NCBI GenBank assembly: GCA_951406725.2
Contig: OX597833.1
Coordinates: 70,742,001-70,806,000, forward strand
DNA: 64,000 nucleotides
Source of the DNA: Octopus vulgaris
Taxonomy: Eukaryota
Direction: 5' to 3'
Positions 1-13,404 of the stretch are shown here, in pieces. The notes below the pieces were generated by a model. The model worked only from the letters and a program-made list of their open reading frames with translations, ran no database searches and was not told the DNA's origin. The stretch's first letter is position 1. Each line of letters opens with the position of its first letter. The translations under genes and the position numbers were made by a program.

Positions 1-467
1 ATTTTCTTTTCTATGACTGGGTGCTATTGCAGTTGCTAACCCTCGCTTATTTTCAAGCCAAGGTGACATTTCTCGATGGCCAGACATGTCTTCACAGGGG
101 ATTAGAGACTCAAATGGCACCACTTGTGCGACAGTGGAACTCGTTTACAATTACCATGTGATGTCAAGACATGGAGACACGAATAAGCAGACACACACAA
201 TGGGCTTCTTTCAGTTTCCATCTACCAAATCCACTCACTAGGCTTTTGCTTGTCCACAGCACTTTGGGCAAGTTTAGAAGCAGTAGCTGGGACAGAACCT
301 GAAACCACAAGGTTGAGAAAAAACACCTCTTAATCACATGGCCATTCTTGTACCTAATACATCATTTGAATCAAATAATTCCTTCAGACTATTTGGTTGG
401 ACGTATTGGAATCATCATCATCATCATCATTGGAATATTTCAAATAAAATGTTTTAAAGTGAAGTTT

Positions 468-712
468 GGCATGTAAAAAGCACCAACTGATCGTGGCCAC
501 TGCCAGCCTTCCCTGGCACCTGTGCCGGAGGCATGTAAAAAACACCCACTACACTCACGGAGTGGTTGGCGTTAGGAAGAGCATCCAGCTGTAGAAACTG
601 TGCCAGATCAGACTGGAGCCTGGTGCAGCCTCCTGGCTTGCCAGACCCCAGTCGAACCGTCCAACCCGTGCTAGTACGGAAAACGGACATTAAACGATGA
701 TGATGATGATGA
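468..712 (+). mobile_element. Repeat family C (RTE-related body, (GAT)n tail)
   Basis: GGTTGGCGTTAGGAAG(G/A)GCATCCAGCTGTAGAAA ... TTAAACGATGATGAT. Many copies. Confidence 0.85.
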
Positions 713-2076
713 ACTGAATGCTGCTCCCTATCTCCAAAATGAGATCTTTTCACCAGAATTATTATTTTTTTTTTTTTGTTGGAGGGGACAGAAATGATAA
801 AACCATCTTATTAGTTGTGTTATTTCTTTTTTTCTTCCTTCTTCCATATCTGTTCAAATCTCAACTTTTACCATATTTGATGGCACAAAAGACACACAGG
901 GGTGTATTAGATGCACACCAAATTTCAAGAAACAAAGGTTTTAGTGTATTTAAAACGCTAAAAGCCCCCAACTTTAAATATAGGACCCAGAGTGATTTGT
1001 TTTAAGTTTTTTTTAAGTGTGTCTTATATGCCATCAGATACAATAATTATAATAGCTTGAAGTGTACTAATAAATAATTATTTCTGTATTACATGTACTA
1101 ATATTTTTATTTAGTTATTCCTTATTATAATCAGTTAAAGGTAACTTTTAACTGCGAAAAAGGGGCAGGGAAACAAATTTGTAATTTGTTTTTATGATAA
1201 TTTTTGATAGTCATAATTAAACAATTTTTTTTTTATTTCCAGGTGAATTTTTGGTGATTTAAAATAATTTTTTTTTAAACAACTTTTATAATTTTCTGTT
1301 TATTAATACAAATATTTTGGTCTTTTAACATCACTTTTGGAAATGGAAATTGTTTTCATATTTTCCATCTGCACTTGGTTCAGTTTGTTTCGTTTCCAGT
1401 CATCTTCAGATGTCTTCATCTCCTTTGATGTGTGTGAGTTTTTATGTTAAGGGTGACTGTGATACACTCAACCACTCTCATGTTAATTCAATGCGATTGG
1501 CAAAGCAACAGAATATCCCTATGGCTGGAAATTCTGACCAAGACCTATTTCTTTTTTAAATAGTACAAGGACTGACCGATAGAATAAGTACGGGAGATAA
1601 AAACAAAATAATAATCACTGGGGTCAGTCTGTTTGGCTAAACCCTTTAAAGTGGTGCTCCAGCATGGCCACAGTATAAAACAGACTAAAACAAGAGATAA
1701 AAGTTACTACACACATGCAAACACACTCACACACACACACACATGCCTTTTTGTAATTTATTTTTGGATTGTGTTTGCAGTTCTGTCTCTGTGTGTGTGT
1801 GTGTGTGTGTCTCTGTGTGTGTGTGTCCCTTTTAGCATCAGATATTTTCAGTGCTGACCACATGACCTTTAAGATAAATGGTCCAATCCTTGACCCTTTC
1901 TGGATGTTATTAAGAGATGTTATTTAATTACTTTAAACAACTTGATATTTCACCTTGGAGGCAGTTTTTCATTTCTTTCTGCTGTGTTACATCATCACAC
2001 TTAACTTCCATTCATTATCGTTAACATTATTATCATTATTATTATTATCATTATTATTATTATTATTATTATTACC

Positions 2077-2108
<32 letters not shown>

Positions 2109-2884
2109 TATTATCATTACATTATTATTATTATTATTATTATTACTATTATTATTATTAGGATGGCATCAAGCTGGCAGAATCATGTCAATATAATTGA
2201 CTTTCCCCTCCACCGAAATTGCTGGCCTTGTGTAAAAATTTGAAACCAATGTTATTATTATCATTATTATTACTGTCATTTACTTTTAATCTGCATGTTT
2301 GATGCAATCACTTGCCGGGGGGCACACCCAACGCCCTAGGGCAAGTGAAGGTTAAGAGTTGTTGAAATATAGCTGAAAGTTTGGGGAGGGGAAGTAGAGA
2401 AATATTTCCATGTAATACAACACAAACATTTACATTGATATCAATGTAAATGTTATTATTATTATTATGAAGGCAGCAAGCTGGCAGAATTGTTAGCTCT
2501 CTGGACAAAATTTTTAGTGACATTTCGTCTGTCTTTACATTCTGAGTTGAAATTCTGCCGAGGTCAACTTTGCTTTTCATCCTTTCGGGGTTGCTAAAAT
2601 AAGTACCAGTGTTAAACTGGGATCGATGTAATCAGCTTAGCCCCCCCCCTCTCTCGAAATTGTTGGCCCTGCACCAGAACAGCAAGTTAGATGTTTTAAC
2701 TGTGGCTGTTATTTGAGTTGCAATTAAATATTCCAGGGAAAGGCGACCAAATACCAAGAACTGAGATTCCATTAGAAATTTCTTGTAATTTTAGTGATTT
2801 TATGATATTTAAATATTCTTATGCTGACTGTGCTCTTCTTAGTATATGGGTTGTGCCCTCAAGTACAGTTGTTATATAGTATCA

Positions 2885-3288
2885 CATTGCCTTACTGGCA
2901 CTTGTGCCCGTGCTTGTAGGGTGCCAAGAGCACCATCCAAGTGTGATCGTTGCCAGAGCAGCCAACTGGCTTCCATGCCAGTGGCACGTAAAAGGGCGCC
3001 ATTCGAGCGTAATCGTTACCAGCGTCGCCTTACTGGCACCTGTGCCGGTGGCATGTGTAAAAAGATTCGAGCGAGGTCGTTGCCAGTACTGCCTGACTGG
3101 CCCCCGTGCCGGTGGCACGTAAAAAGCACCCACTATGCTCTCGGAGTGGTTGGCGTTAGGAAGGGTATCTAGCTGTAGAAACTTTGCCAGATCAAGATTG
3201 GAGCCTGGTGCGGCTGTCTGGTTCGCCAGTCCTCAGTCAAAATCGTCCAACCCATGCTAGCATGGAAAGCGGACGTTAAACGATGATG
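2885..3288 (+). mobile_element. Repeat family C with internal GGCAC...GGCACGTAAAA subunits
   Basis: Tandem ~55-bp subunits followed by the conserved tail. Confidence 0.85.
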
Positions 3289-3468
3289 TGTGTGTGTGTG
3301 TGTGTGTATATATATGTATATATATATATATATGTGTGTGTGTGTATATATGTATACTTTATTTAAAGCAGCAGAAATTTCAACAAAACCTGTTACTCTG
3401 AGTTTCCCATTGCCGTTCATCGGACAGTTTTTGCTAGAATAGAACTGATATATATGTATATATGTATG

Positions 3469-3515
<47 letters not shown>

Positions 3516-3516
3516 A

Positions 3517-3548
<32 letters not shown>

Positions 3549-4839
3549 GACACACATACGTATGTATGTGTCTTTCTGTGCAATATTTTATGTGTGTGTG
3601 TATTCCAAAGCATGAAGAGTATTTCATCTTCTACAGCTAATAACAAACCATTCCGATCGGTTGCACGCTTGTGGATTGATTTGATTCTCAACAACCATTC
3701 CTTCACCAACCTCTCTTTCAAGACTCTTTTTTTTATGTCTATTTTTCTTTTCTTTTCTTTTCTTTTATATTTCTTCTTTCTTTTTTCGTTCTTTCTTCTT
3801 AGTCTGTGCATTGCAATGCATCCATGTTGAAAAAACAGATGAAAATATTGACATTTATTGGAGTTTGGCATTTGTTGTTGTTGTTATTATTGTTTTTGTT
3901 GTACTTAACTCTTTCTCTATTGCAGCTGCCTGACTTTTTAAAATTTTTTTTTTTTATATACATATATATATATATATATATAAGTATATATATTTTTTTT
4001 GCCAAGCTATTTTGCTACACACTGTTTCTGTTATTAAGCTTTTTCGTTTGCTCTGAGCTTCAACACCTACACTTAGACAAATTTTTCATCAGATCACTTT
4101 ACATGAGTACTAATTATATATAAATCTTGTTGCTTATAACTTTTACACTGCCATCATGTATGTATGTATGTATGTGTGTGTGTGTGTGTGCATATACATA
4201 TATGTATGTATGTATGTATGATGATATATATCTATGTATGTATATGTATTGTTTAATATTATATTTTCAACTATACTGAAAAATCTGTATTTTTATATAT
4301 TATTACATTTTGATATTATAATTTTTTTTAGGCTTTTTTTCTTATTATTCTGCTCTGTTTTAATGAATTAGGCTGTCAATTAAAAATATTAAATAGTTCT
4401 TAATTAGTTTCAGTCATTGGGCTGCAGCCATTTTTGGGGCTGCTCCCTCAAGAATTTTGTCTGTTATTTATTGAAGGAGGAATGGTGTACCATAATTATG
4501 GGAATGGAGTAATTACTTGAGTTGTTATGATTGACTAAAACTCCCTGAAGATGGCCCTTCATCTTGGCTTGTAGTCCACCAATGACTGAAGCAAGGGAGA
4601 CAAAACTGGAAGAATGCATAAAAGGTCTCCCTTTTTCTTAGTCTATGCCACATCACTCATGGAGGTTGTCCCGAACTTAAGAGCAAATTTCCCTCCACGC
4701 TGTGCACAACGACATTGCACATGCCAACTCTGAGACAGTGCACAGTCTTGTGTCCCACATATATTCACAGATATATGACCTATTGAGTCAAGTACATCAA
4801 CATCAAAATAAAAATCAAATGGAAATTGTAGTTGTGATA

Positions 4840-5158
4840 CCTGTACCGGTGGTACGTAAAAAGCACCATCCGAAAGTGGCCGATGCCAGTGCTGCCTTGA
4901 TTGGCTTCTGTGCCAGTGGCACGTAAAAAGCACCAACCGATCATGGCCACTGCCAGCCTCCCTTGGCATCTGTGCTGGTGGCATGTAAAAAGTACCCACT
5001 ACACTCATGGAGTGGTTGGTGTTAGGAAGGGCATCCAGCTGTAGAAACTCTACCAGATCAGACTGGAGCCTGGTGCCGCCTCCTGGCTTCCCAGACCCTG
5101 GTCGAACCGTCCAACCTGTACTAGCACGGAAAACAGACGTTAAACAATGATGATGATT
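4840..5158 (+). mobile_element. Repeat family C
   Basis: Subunits plus tail. Confidence 0.85.
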
Positions 5159-5244
5159 ATGCCATGTGATCCCAGCCACTGGGCTTGAACAAAACCCACA
5201 GGATTATAGAAAACAAGCACAATGTCAGGTTGATCTGTTTGACC

Positions 5245-5745
5245 AGGGCAGTGGTCTGCAAATTTTAGCTGTCTTTGGTTGTCTGGCCGATGGACAGTAA
5301 ACCTCCATATATCGACTTATTTCATATGTAGTTAGCATAAAATATGTTACAGACTTTGTGCAGAAGTCAAGTTCATGCGCTCTTTGGTGATGGTTGTTGG
5401 GTCACTGTAAGGGACCAGCATTCAGGGCGGTAGAGCAGGACAGATTCTGTTGTAGTACAAAACATGTAGGTCACGTGACAGTTTTGGTGCTTTACTGGAT
5501 ACTGACCATGTCATTGCTTTATACATGTTACCATCTGTGCTGGTGGAGTGACTATGAGAACCCAGGTAGCAGAAATCAGAAACTGATTCTCTGGACCGAA
5601 GATAAAAGTGTAAGGTGAACCACACCAGCATTTCCACCAGTGATTAGGGTCTTTTGCCTTTGAGCAGTTTATTAAAAGACAGACTTCGATGGCAGCTGAT
5701 TCCAGGTTTGGCAGACGAATGCAAAGTTGGGTCATCGAGGTATGA
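5245..5745 (-). pseudogene. Decayed RTE/RTE-X LINE reverse transcriptase C-terminal fragment
   Basis: Minus-strand frames give SDFCYLGS, TTESVLLYRPECWSLT, SIYGGL and LKFADHC, matching RTE-type F.YLGS, VESVLLYG.E.WTLT, LYG and LRFAGHC. Contains stops and frameshifts. Confidence 0.75.
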
Positions 5746-5871
5746 TGCTGGACAATGTGACCCTTGGGGTTTGAAATCGTTAATCTTAATTAAAATCAAC
5801 TAATGAGCATACAGAAACATATTAGCCTCAATTCCTTGGTTACCTTTGAAACATTTTCTGCACAATTATCA

Positions 5872-5903
<32 letters not shown>

Positions 5904-6076
5904 GATATTATCATTAAGGCCTTGTGCCAAAACTAGAACTATTATTGTTATTAAAATAGACTGTTATAGTCTCGCAATGGCCAAATTACCAGCCATTTCT
6001 GATAATTGATTCTCAACTTCTGGTATGAAACTAATTGGTAAATTGATTATTATTATTATTAAACTATAATATTGTA

Positions 6077-6111
<35 letters not shown>

Positions 6112-6701
6112 TTATTATTATTTTTATCATTATTATTATTATTATTATTAATAATAATAATGATATTCCCACACTCTTAACTAATATATTAGTGATTGCT
6201 TTTTCTCCTGACTCGTGGATTTTTAGATAATTATATATATGTATGTATATATGTATGTGTGTATATGATAATCAAAGGAGACTAGTGGTGGCCTGTATCA
6301 GCAAAACTTGAATCTATGAACGTACATGTATTGTTATTTGTATATAAAAGTTAAATTCAGTTGGTGTGACATTGTGAGGTCAAAGACGAAGTCTCTCACA
6401 TTTCAGGTTATCTCTTTTGGTAAGACTGCACCGGTTTCTCTGTTTCCCAAAGAAAAATATTGTCCTAAGCATCGGAAAATTGCCCTCGCAATGACATGCC
6501 AACTTGAGTAAACACACTTCTTAGGCTGCTGAGGACTCTCTATAGCTGTGCCTTTCAACCTTGAGGGTCCAATGTGACCCTTGTGGGTCTATATAAGATC
6601 TTGCTGTTAAAGTTTAATTAATAGATTGGTTATAGTTCTGCAATAAACAAAATGTTTGAACAATTTCTTATGCTGTTCCTGATAAGATTTTATCATATAA
6701 A

Positions 6702-7092
6702 TCTCTTATTATAAAATATATATATAAACAGCAAAATGTCTGTCTGTGTGTGTGCGTGCATGTCCTTTATACAAATCCACAATTTTTCAGTTAGTGGGCT
6801 CGCACTTTCTGTGGTCATTCAAAACTGTCCAAGGGTGGTTGTGCACATCTTTACAATTCCCCAGTCACCCCGCAAAGCCATTAAAAAATCAATAAAAGTG
6901 ACTTTTTTGTGAATTTTCTATCCAAAACCCAATCAAAATGCCCGAAACTTGATACGCCAATTGAATGCCAGCTAGCTGTATGTGATTGGTCAGAGATTTG
7001 GACAGTACTCGCGTGTATGTGCGCACCCACGCATGCAGCTGTATATGCATGCACTAGCACTATGACCCAGCGTTGCCCGGTCATAGTGCTAG
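6702..7092 (+). mobile_element. Non-autonomous Helitron
   Basis: A|TC start with AT-rich leader (5' end approximate), subterminal hairpin and CTAG|T end at 7089-7093. Confidence 0.7.
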
Positions 7093-7618
7093 TATAAATA
7101 TAATAGGATTTTCTTTAAGCATTTGAAACGCTATCAGGGTCCAGTTGTAAAATAGGAATTAAAGGATTCCACGGGCAAAAAATGGTTGCAAGCCACTGCT
7201 CTATATTGACTGTATACTAGGCACCACCCTCACTCCTGTACTGATGGCATGGTGGAAAGCCACACTCACCTTTGACCCCAACCACTGCCATCCATTACAC
7301 ACTATAAAGTGATTGGCAAAGGAGCAGAGAAAGGATGGGTTTGTGAAGTTGCTTAAGTCCTGTCTTGCTGAAGGCTGTGCAACCTCTCTAGTGTTGGTGC
7401 CAGGATGAAATGCATCGAGAAGAGTCTGTAGAGTTGTTGGTTATAGGAATAGCATCCAGCTGTTGAGAGCAAACCAAATGACATATGTACCAGTCAGTCT
7501 ATAAAGGCAGTGGCTTCCAATGAAAGATTATTGCGACTACAAGGATTCCTCTGAGCCATGCCAACAAAGAATGCAGACGTAAAACAATGGTGATGTTTGT
7601 AGATATATGCATGTGAGA

Positions 7619-7671
<53 letters not shown>

Positions 7672-7672
<1 letters not shown>

Positions 7673-8102
7673 GTGCAGACACGGCTATGTGGTGAGAAGT
7701 TTGCTTCCTAACCATGTGGTTCCAGGTTCAGTCCCACTGTGTGGCACCTTGGGCGAGTGTCTTCTACTATAGCCTTGGACTGACAGAAGCATGGTGAGCA
7801 GATCTGGTAGATGGAAATGGAATGTAGCATGTTTCATATATATGTATGTGTGTGAATGCATGTGTGCACTATGTTTGTCTTCCAGTACCACTCGATAACC
7901 AGTGTTGGTGTGTTTACATCCCTGGAACTTAGCCGTTTGGCAAAAGATATGGATTAGAATAAGTGTCAGGCTTAAAAAAGAACAAAAACCAAAAAAAAAT
8001 GCAAGATAAGTAGTGGGGTTGATTTGTTAGCCTGAAATTCTTTGAGGCATTGCCCCAGTATGGCCACAGTCGAATGGCTGAAACAAGCAGAAGATAAAAG
8101 AT
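7672..8102 (+). mobile_element. SINE family A, diverged
   Basis: Colinear with 8569-8947. Confidence 0.75.
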
Positions 8103-8568
8103 ACGTGTGTGTGTGTTTTATAATACTGTCCATTCCATGTCCATTGGCAAACGTGGTACCAGCTGGTTTATTGGTTTGCTAGTCACGGTTGTCCTGCTTA
8201 ATAAACCATTATTCATTCCTGATGAATATTTATCAGTAACTGGGTCCGACACCTCGTTTTAGTTAAGCAAAGACATTTCATGCCCTGGCTTTCCTGCTGA
8301 ATGGAAAACATTCACACGGAGAGAAAGAAACGGAAATTGTCAGCCTTGAAGAAAGCAATTACAGTTATTTTGGAGAATTTTTTTGGAAGCTTTTCTATCA
8401 ATTTCCAATTTTGATATTCACCTCGTGATTGCTTCTTGCATATCATGAGTACTATATGCTGTTGTTGTTGTTGGTGGTGGTGTTGGCCAAAGGCATTCCA
8501 TTAGTGACCAACCTGTCTTTTTAGCAGGGGGTTTCTAATATTACTTTATTATTTTAAACCTTTCATTA

Positions 8569-8947
8569 GGCGCAGGAGTGGCTGTGTGGTAAGTAGCCTG
8601 TCTACCAACAACATGGTTCCGGGTTCAGTCCCACCTTGGGCAAGTGTCTTCTACTATAGCCTCGGGCCGACCAAAGCCTTGTGAGTGGATTTGATAGACG
8701 GAAACTGAAAGAAGCCCGTCGTATATATATATATATATGTTTGTCCCCCTAGCATTGGTTGACAACCGATGCTGGTGTGTTTATGTCCCCATCACTTAGC
8801 GGTTCAGCAAAAGAGACCGATAGAATAAGTACTGGGCTTACAAAAGAATAAGTTCTGGGGTCGAGTTGCTCGATTAAAGGCGGTGCTCCAGCATGGCCGC
8901 AGTCAAATGACTGAAACAAGTAAAAGAGTAAAAAGAGTAAAAGAGTA
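8569..8947 (+). mobile_element. tRNA-derived SINE family A (CORE-like segment, internal (TA)n, TAAAAGAG tail)
   Basis: A box TGGCTGTGTGG, B box GGTTCAGTCCC, CCTTGGGCAAGT segment. More than 10 copies in the window. Confidence 0.9.
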
Positions 8948-10386
8948 TTACTAAACCGGCTCTGGCTCTGTAGTACAAATATCTTGTTTTCATAAGTTTT
9001 GAATTAAAATCTCCCACCAAACCTTAGTCACAATTTATGTTCCTAACACTAGCTTAATGATAATTAGGTTATCTTACTAAATTCTTTGTTATATTTAAAA
9101 TAATTGAAAGGAACTCAGAGCATCTCAAAATGAATAAAGTATCGAACCTAGTTTGCTGCAACCTAGTTTGATTTTAAAGAGATTTGGCTCCTGTTTCTAG
9201 CAACTCCGGCTTTCGCTGGAAATATTTAACTCCAAGTAAGTGAAGATGAACGTTTTTAACTCTCTAAAGCTCTGGGTGTCACCAGCACCACCAGAACCGT
9301 TACCAGCTTTCCCTTTACTCGAAGTAGGAACCTTGAGATAGAAACAGCTCACGGCTTGAATTGCAGAAAACTGTTTCATTAACGAGTGTTTATTTGATCC
9401 TAGCTTTTGAACTTTGCTCTCTTCAACCGGGGAATTAGTGGACTTCAAGAGGTCAAAGTTCAAAAATAAAGGTTAAGCAGAACGATTAACGCAACCCAAA
9501 TGAAACCTTTACGTGGTCTTTCGACCTGCTAGGAATAGCAACCAAATCTTTCTTAAACTATGACATTGCATCTAAAAAGCGAAACAGGGGATACTTAAAC
9601 TTTGAAAAGTGTTTCTTTTGGCTTTCGAATGCTGAATCCAACCAAGCCATTCCCTCTTGCGTATTGACTTCCAGAAATGGGTAGCTCCGCCTCCCTCACC
9701 GCCCCCACTCGAAACTAACCACACCAAAATGTCTCAAAGACTGGAAACGATCAACAGGAGTTCAATTCTCCCTCGATGCACCTTTTTAACAGGACAAGAA
9801 CAGCGGCAAAAACAACTCCATCCAACATTTGTTACAATTTGGTTTCTCAAACCATTATTTGATTTCCTTTTTATTCTTCTTTATTTTCATTTTTTTTTTC
9901 TTTTTCAATCTCCTTCCAAACAACTTCTTCCTTACTGAAACATAATGTCTTTTTCTTTTTTTTTTTTCTTTTTTTTTTGCTGCTTTGCTATGAGATGTTC
10001 CATTATTGTTTTCAGACTGACGCATCAACAGATTGCTGCCGGATACTTGAGTCACTTGTGACTGTCCGAGTTGTGTTTTGCATTTTGATGATTCTTTTGC
10101 AGAACAGTAACAAGAGAGGAGGAGGAAGAGAGAGAGAGAGAGAGAGAATGCCTGCATGTGCTCATGAGAGAGAGAGAGAGAGAGAGCAAAAGTTAAATTG
10201 GTCTTTGTCTTTAAGACACCCTGTTTCTGACATTTGACCTTATGTGGTGTGTATGCATATATATATATTTATATATGCATACACATATATATATATGTAT
10301 GTAGAAAATTGATTATGTTCTCAACTCTTGTTAATAACAAAAGATATCACTTTCCATCTCTTCCTGTTTATTTGTCTATATACTTG

Positions 10387-10439
<53 letters not shown>

Positions 10440-10755
10440 GTGTATGCATATATATGTATACATGTATGTATGTTTGTATATACACCTATCTATCTGCCTA
10501 CTTCTCTCTCTCTCTCTCTCTCATCTCTTTATGAAATATCGATCACAAAAACTCACACACGATCTTAAAATCTCTCTCTCTCTTTCTCTCTTATTCTACA
10601 CACTCTCTGTTTTCCGTTTATATTTTACATTTTTTTCCATATTTTCGTGATATCATGATGTCAATACTTTACTTGTAACTTGATTGCATAGTTTTATATA
10701 ACCTGACATTGTTTTCTCTTTTTTCTTTTTTTTACCATTTTTCTTCCATTCTCAG

Positions 10756-10791
10756 CAACATGTGGCATAGAATTCAAGGCCAGTTCAGACA
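10756..10791 (+). CDS. Candidate 36-nt exon of the SNRK-like gene (NMWHRIQGQFR-H)
   Basis: Long polypyrimidine tract and CAG acceptor (10753-10755); GTGAGT donor at 10792. Open in phase 2/2 and joins in frame to 33414. IQGQFR resembles the recalled human SNRK IKAQFR. Confidence 0.55.
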
Positions 10792-11210
10792 GTGAGTTGC
10801 TAATTTCTCACCAGACTACACTAATTGGATATGTACTCATGGTCGACACCATTTCTGGCTGATCACTTTCTAGATTATCTTCACTTATTTTCCGTTCTTC
10901 TTCTTTTTCTTCTTTGTATTATTATTATTATTATTTTTTTCATTATTATTATTATTATTATTATTTCTTTTATTATTTATATCTTATTTTTTTTCTTTTC
11001 ATTTCTTTGAACACTTTGTTCTCTTCCTCTCCGTCTTCCTGTCTTCTCCCCTTTTTTTATTTCTTGGCAGTGGGGTTAACTACCTGTAGATTCATTTCAT
11101 TTAGGGGTTTGAAGTTTTGTAAAGGTTTTAAAGTTTCAGGATCAAGCTGAGGGGTTAGGATTTAAGGATAGGACATGAGATGGCTATGGTTCAAGGACAG
11201 AAAGGTATTA

Positions 11211-11445
11211 GGCGTCGAGCTAGCAGAATCGTTAGCACACCAGGCGAAATGCGTAGCCGTATTTCGTCTGCCGTTACGTTGTGAGTTCAAATTCCGCCGA
11301 GGTCAACTTTGCCTTTCGTCCTTTCAGGGTCGATAAATTAAGTACCAGTTACGCACTGGGGTCGATATTATCAACTTAATCCATTTGTCTGTCCTTGTTT
11401 GTCCCCTCTGTATGTAGCCCCTTGTGGGTAGTAAAGAAATAGGTA
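11211..11445 (+). mobile_element. tRNA-derived SINE family B (Nin-like central domain)
   Basis: GGCG..GAGCTGGCAGAA-type head, GAGTTCAAATTCC B box and GCCTTTCATCC...GGTCGATAAATTAAGTACCAG-type body. Flanked by AGGTATTA repeats. Confidence 0.85.
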
Positions 11446-11786
11446 TTAGGAGTTGAAATGAAGAAAAAGTTTGGGGGTTAGGGTTTAAAGACAGGAAATT
11501 GTTTAGACTTTGAGGTGAGCTGATGGACTTTGATGGCTGAAAGGAGTTTATGACCTGCTACGAACATAGCGAACCTGCATGGACCGAAGCTTGCAAGAAT
11601 CCTCAACTCTTTGGATAGTCCACTTCTCTGTTTGTCTTGCAATATCTGCCCCCTTCCCCCCTCCTCCCATCTCTTTCTCGTTTCATCTCATTAGAAGTTA
11701 ACGAGATAATTCTGGGTGATTAAGTTTGAAGGAGAGAAAACATTGAATTGCTCCAGTTGGGAGAGTGTTTGAAACTTAAACATCAG

Positions 11787-12105
11787 TATAGTTCTATATT
11801 TAAGAGATGAGGAATTATTTATATTATTTACATTTCACGGATATTTGTCCTCGTCTTTGTTGTTAACACATCGTTTCAGCTGGTATACACTCCAGCCTTC
11901 ATCAGGTGTCTTGGGGAAATTTCGAACCTGAGTTCTCATTCCTAAGGTATTTTTCGATGTTATTATTATTATTATTACCTTAGGAATGAGAACCCAGGTT
12001 CGAAATTTCCCCAAGACACCTGATGAAGGCTGGAAGGTATATCAGCCGAAACGATCTGTAAACAGCAAACAAGATGAGGACAAATATCCGTCAAATGTAA
12101 ATAAC
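11787..12105. mobile_element. Inverted dimer of the same HHR-bearing element, tRNA head absent
   Basis: Arms ~11787-11950 and ~11976-12105 are reverse complements around (TTA)n. CTGATGA at 12020-12026 and GAAA at 12048-12051; mirror core on the minus strand at ~11865-11910. Both arms have GAAACGAT instead of GAAACGTT. Confidence 0.8.
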
Positions 12106-13404
12106 GAAAAGAACATTTAGTTGATATCATGCTTCAATGCTTGCCTTTGGTGATTATTATTATTATTATTATCATTGTGGTGAGCTTGCAGAATTGTTAG
12201 TGCGCTGGACAAAATGCTTAGCAGTATTTCGCCCGTCGGCGGTACATTCTGAGTTCAAATTCCACCATGGTCGACTTTGCCTTTCATCCTTTTGGGGTAG
12301 ATAAATTAAGTACCAGTGAAACACTGGGGGTCATTGTAATTGACTAGTTTCCCCCCCCCCCCACAAATTTGAGGCCTTGTACCTCCATTAGAAAGGATTG
12401 TTGTTATTATTGTTATTATCGTATCCCTCTTGTTTAATTCCAATTACAACTAATTAATTAAACCCTTAGTGTATTAAATTAATTATTGCTGAATCCCTTA
12501 TAAGCATCCGATTCGTAACAGTGAAGGCTTTTTGATATTTGTCGTCCGTCTAATCTGGTTTCTCTTTATTTTGTGTTAGCCGTGTGGTAAATGTTACACT
12601 CACAATGCTGTTGAGCTTTTCAAACCCTCCTGTCCCCTGCTAACATGCTGCTTAAATCAAGGATACCTGCTGCAGTTAATTATCAACTTAGATTCAGCCC
12701 CGTTTGCACCCCTTACTGAAAATAGATATTGGACCCCACACACGCCCACCTATATGAAGGGTACACTTAGTTTATAATAATCAACTTAGATTTATTCCCC
12801 CATCTTTCTTTTTTTCTTTTTTTTAACCCCTACTGAAAATAGATATTGCTTTGTACTTCTCAACCCCTGGAAAGATCAAATACAAAGTTGACTCTTCCTT
12901 CTTCTCCTCCTCCTCCGCCTACTTCCTCCTTCCCTTGACTTTGCTTTCTGAGTTCAAATCATACCAGAGTCGGCTTTGCTTTTCATCCTTCCAGGGGTGG
13001 GGTGGGGGCTGGGATGAAGATGGGGTTGGTGAAGGGGGGAAAGAGGGGGTCTGTGAATTAAGTGGATGGTCAAACAGCTATTTTATCTTATCAAGGAGTT
13101 ATTTCCATCCTCTGACTAGAACCACTCACCCCCCCCTTTTCTCCCCCTCCACAATCTTTATGGCCTTGTGCCAATCTTGGAAATGATTATTAATTATGTT
13201 AATTACGGCAATATCCTGTTTACTCATCAGCTGAAGCTTGAAAAAAAAAAAGAAAAAGAGAGAGAGAGAGGTGGGGAGAGGGTGATATGTTTGCCTTCCC
13301 CATAAAAGGTTACCTCTGCACACACAATGTCTTCACACAAAAAACGGGGCTTTTTGTTACTAGAAACAACAAGTTTGCAGTTTTTCAAACTCAGACTTTC
13401 ACTA

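Noticed and set aside
2885-3130. GGCACGTAAAA repeats with variable intervening sequence, CRISPR-like at a glance
   Set aside because: Intervening parts are homologous, the units lie within a dispersed eukaryotic repeat, and there are no cas genes.
4032-4095. Minus-strand CTGATGA...GAAA-AAGCTT-A hammerhead-like match
   Set aside because: Stem I is only about 2 bp and the stem II base is offset. Too weak to list as a feature.
4545-4575. Isolated CTGANGA matches (also near 23774, 38554, 54248, 59753, 61956)
   Set aside because: No correctly placed stem II, GAAA and NUH site; expected by chance.
9197-9463. 88-aa non-repetitive minus-strand ORF
   Set aside because: Non-ATG start, no recognisable family and no clear splice context.
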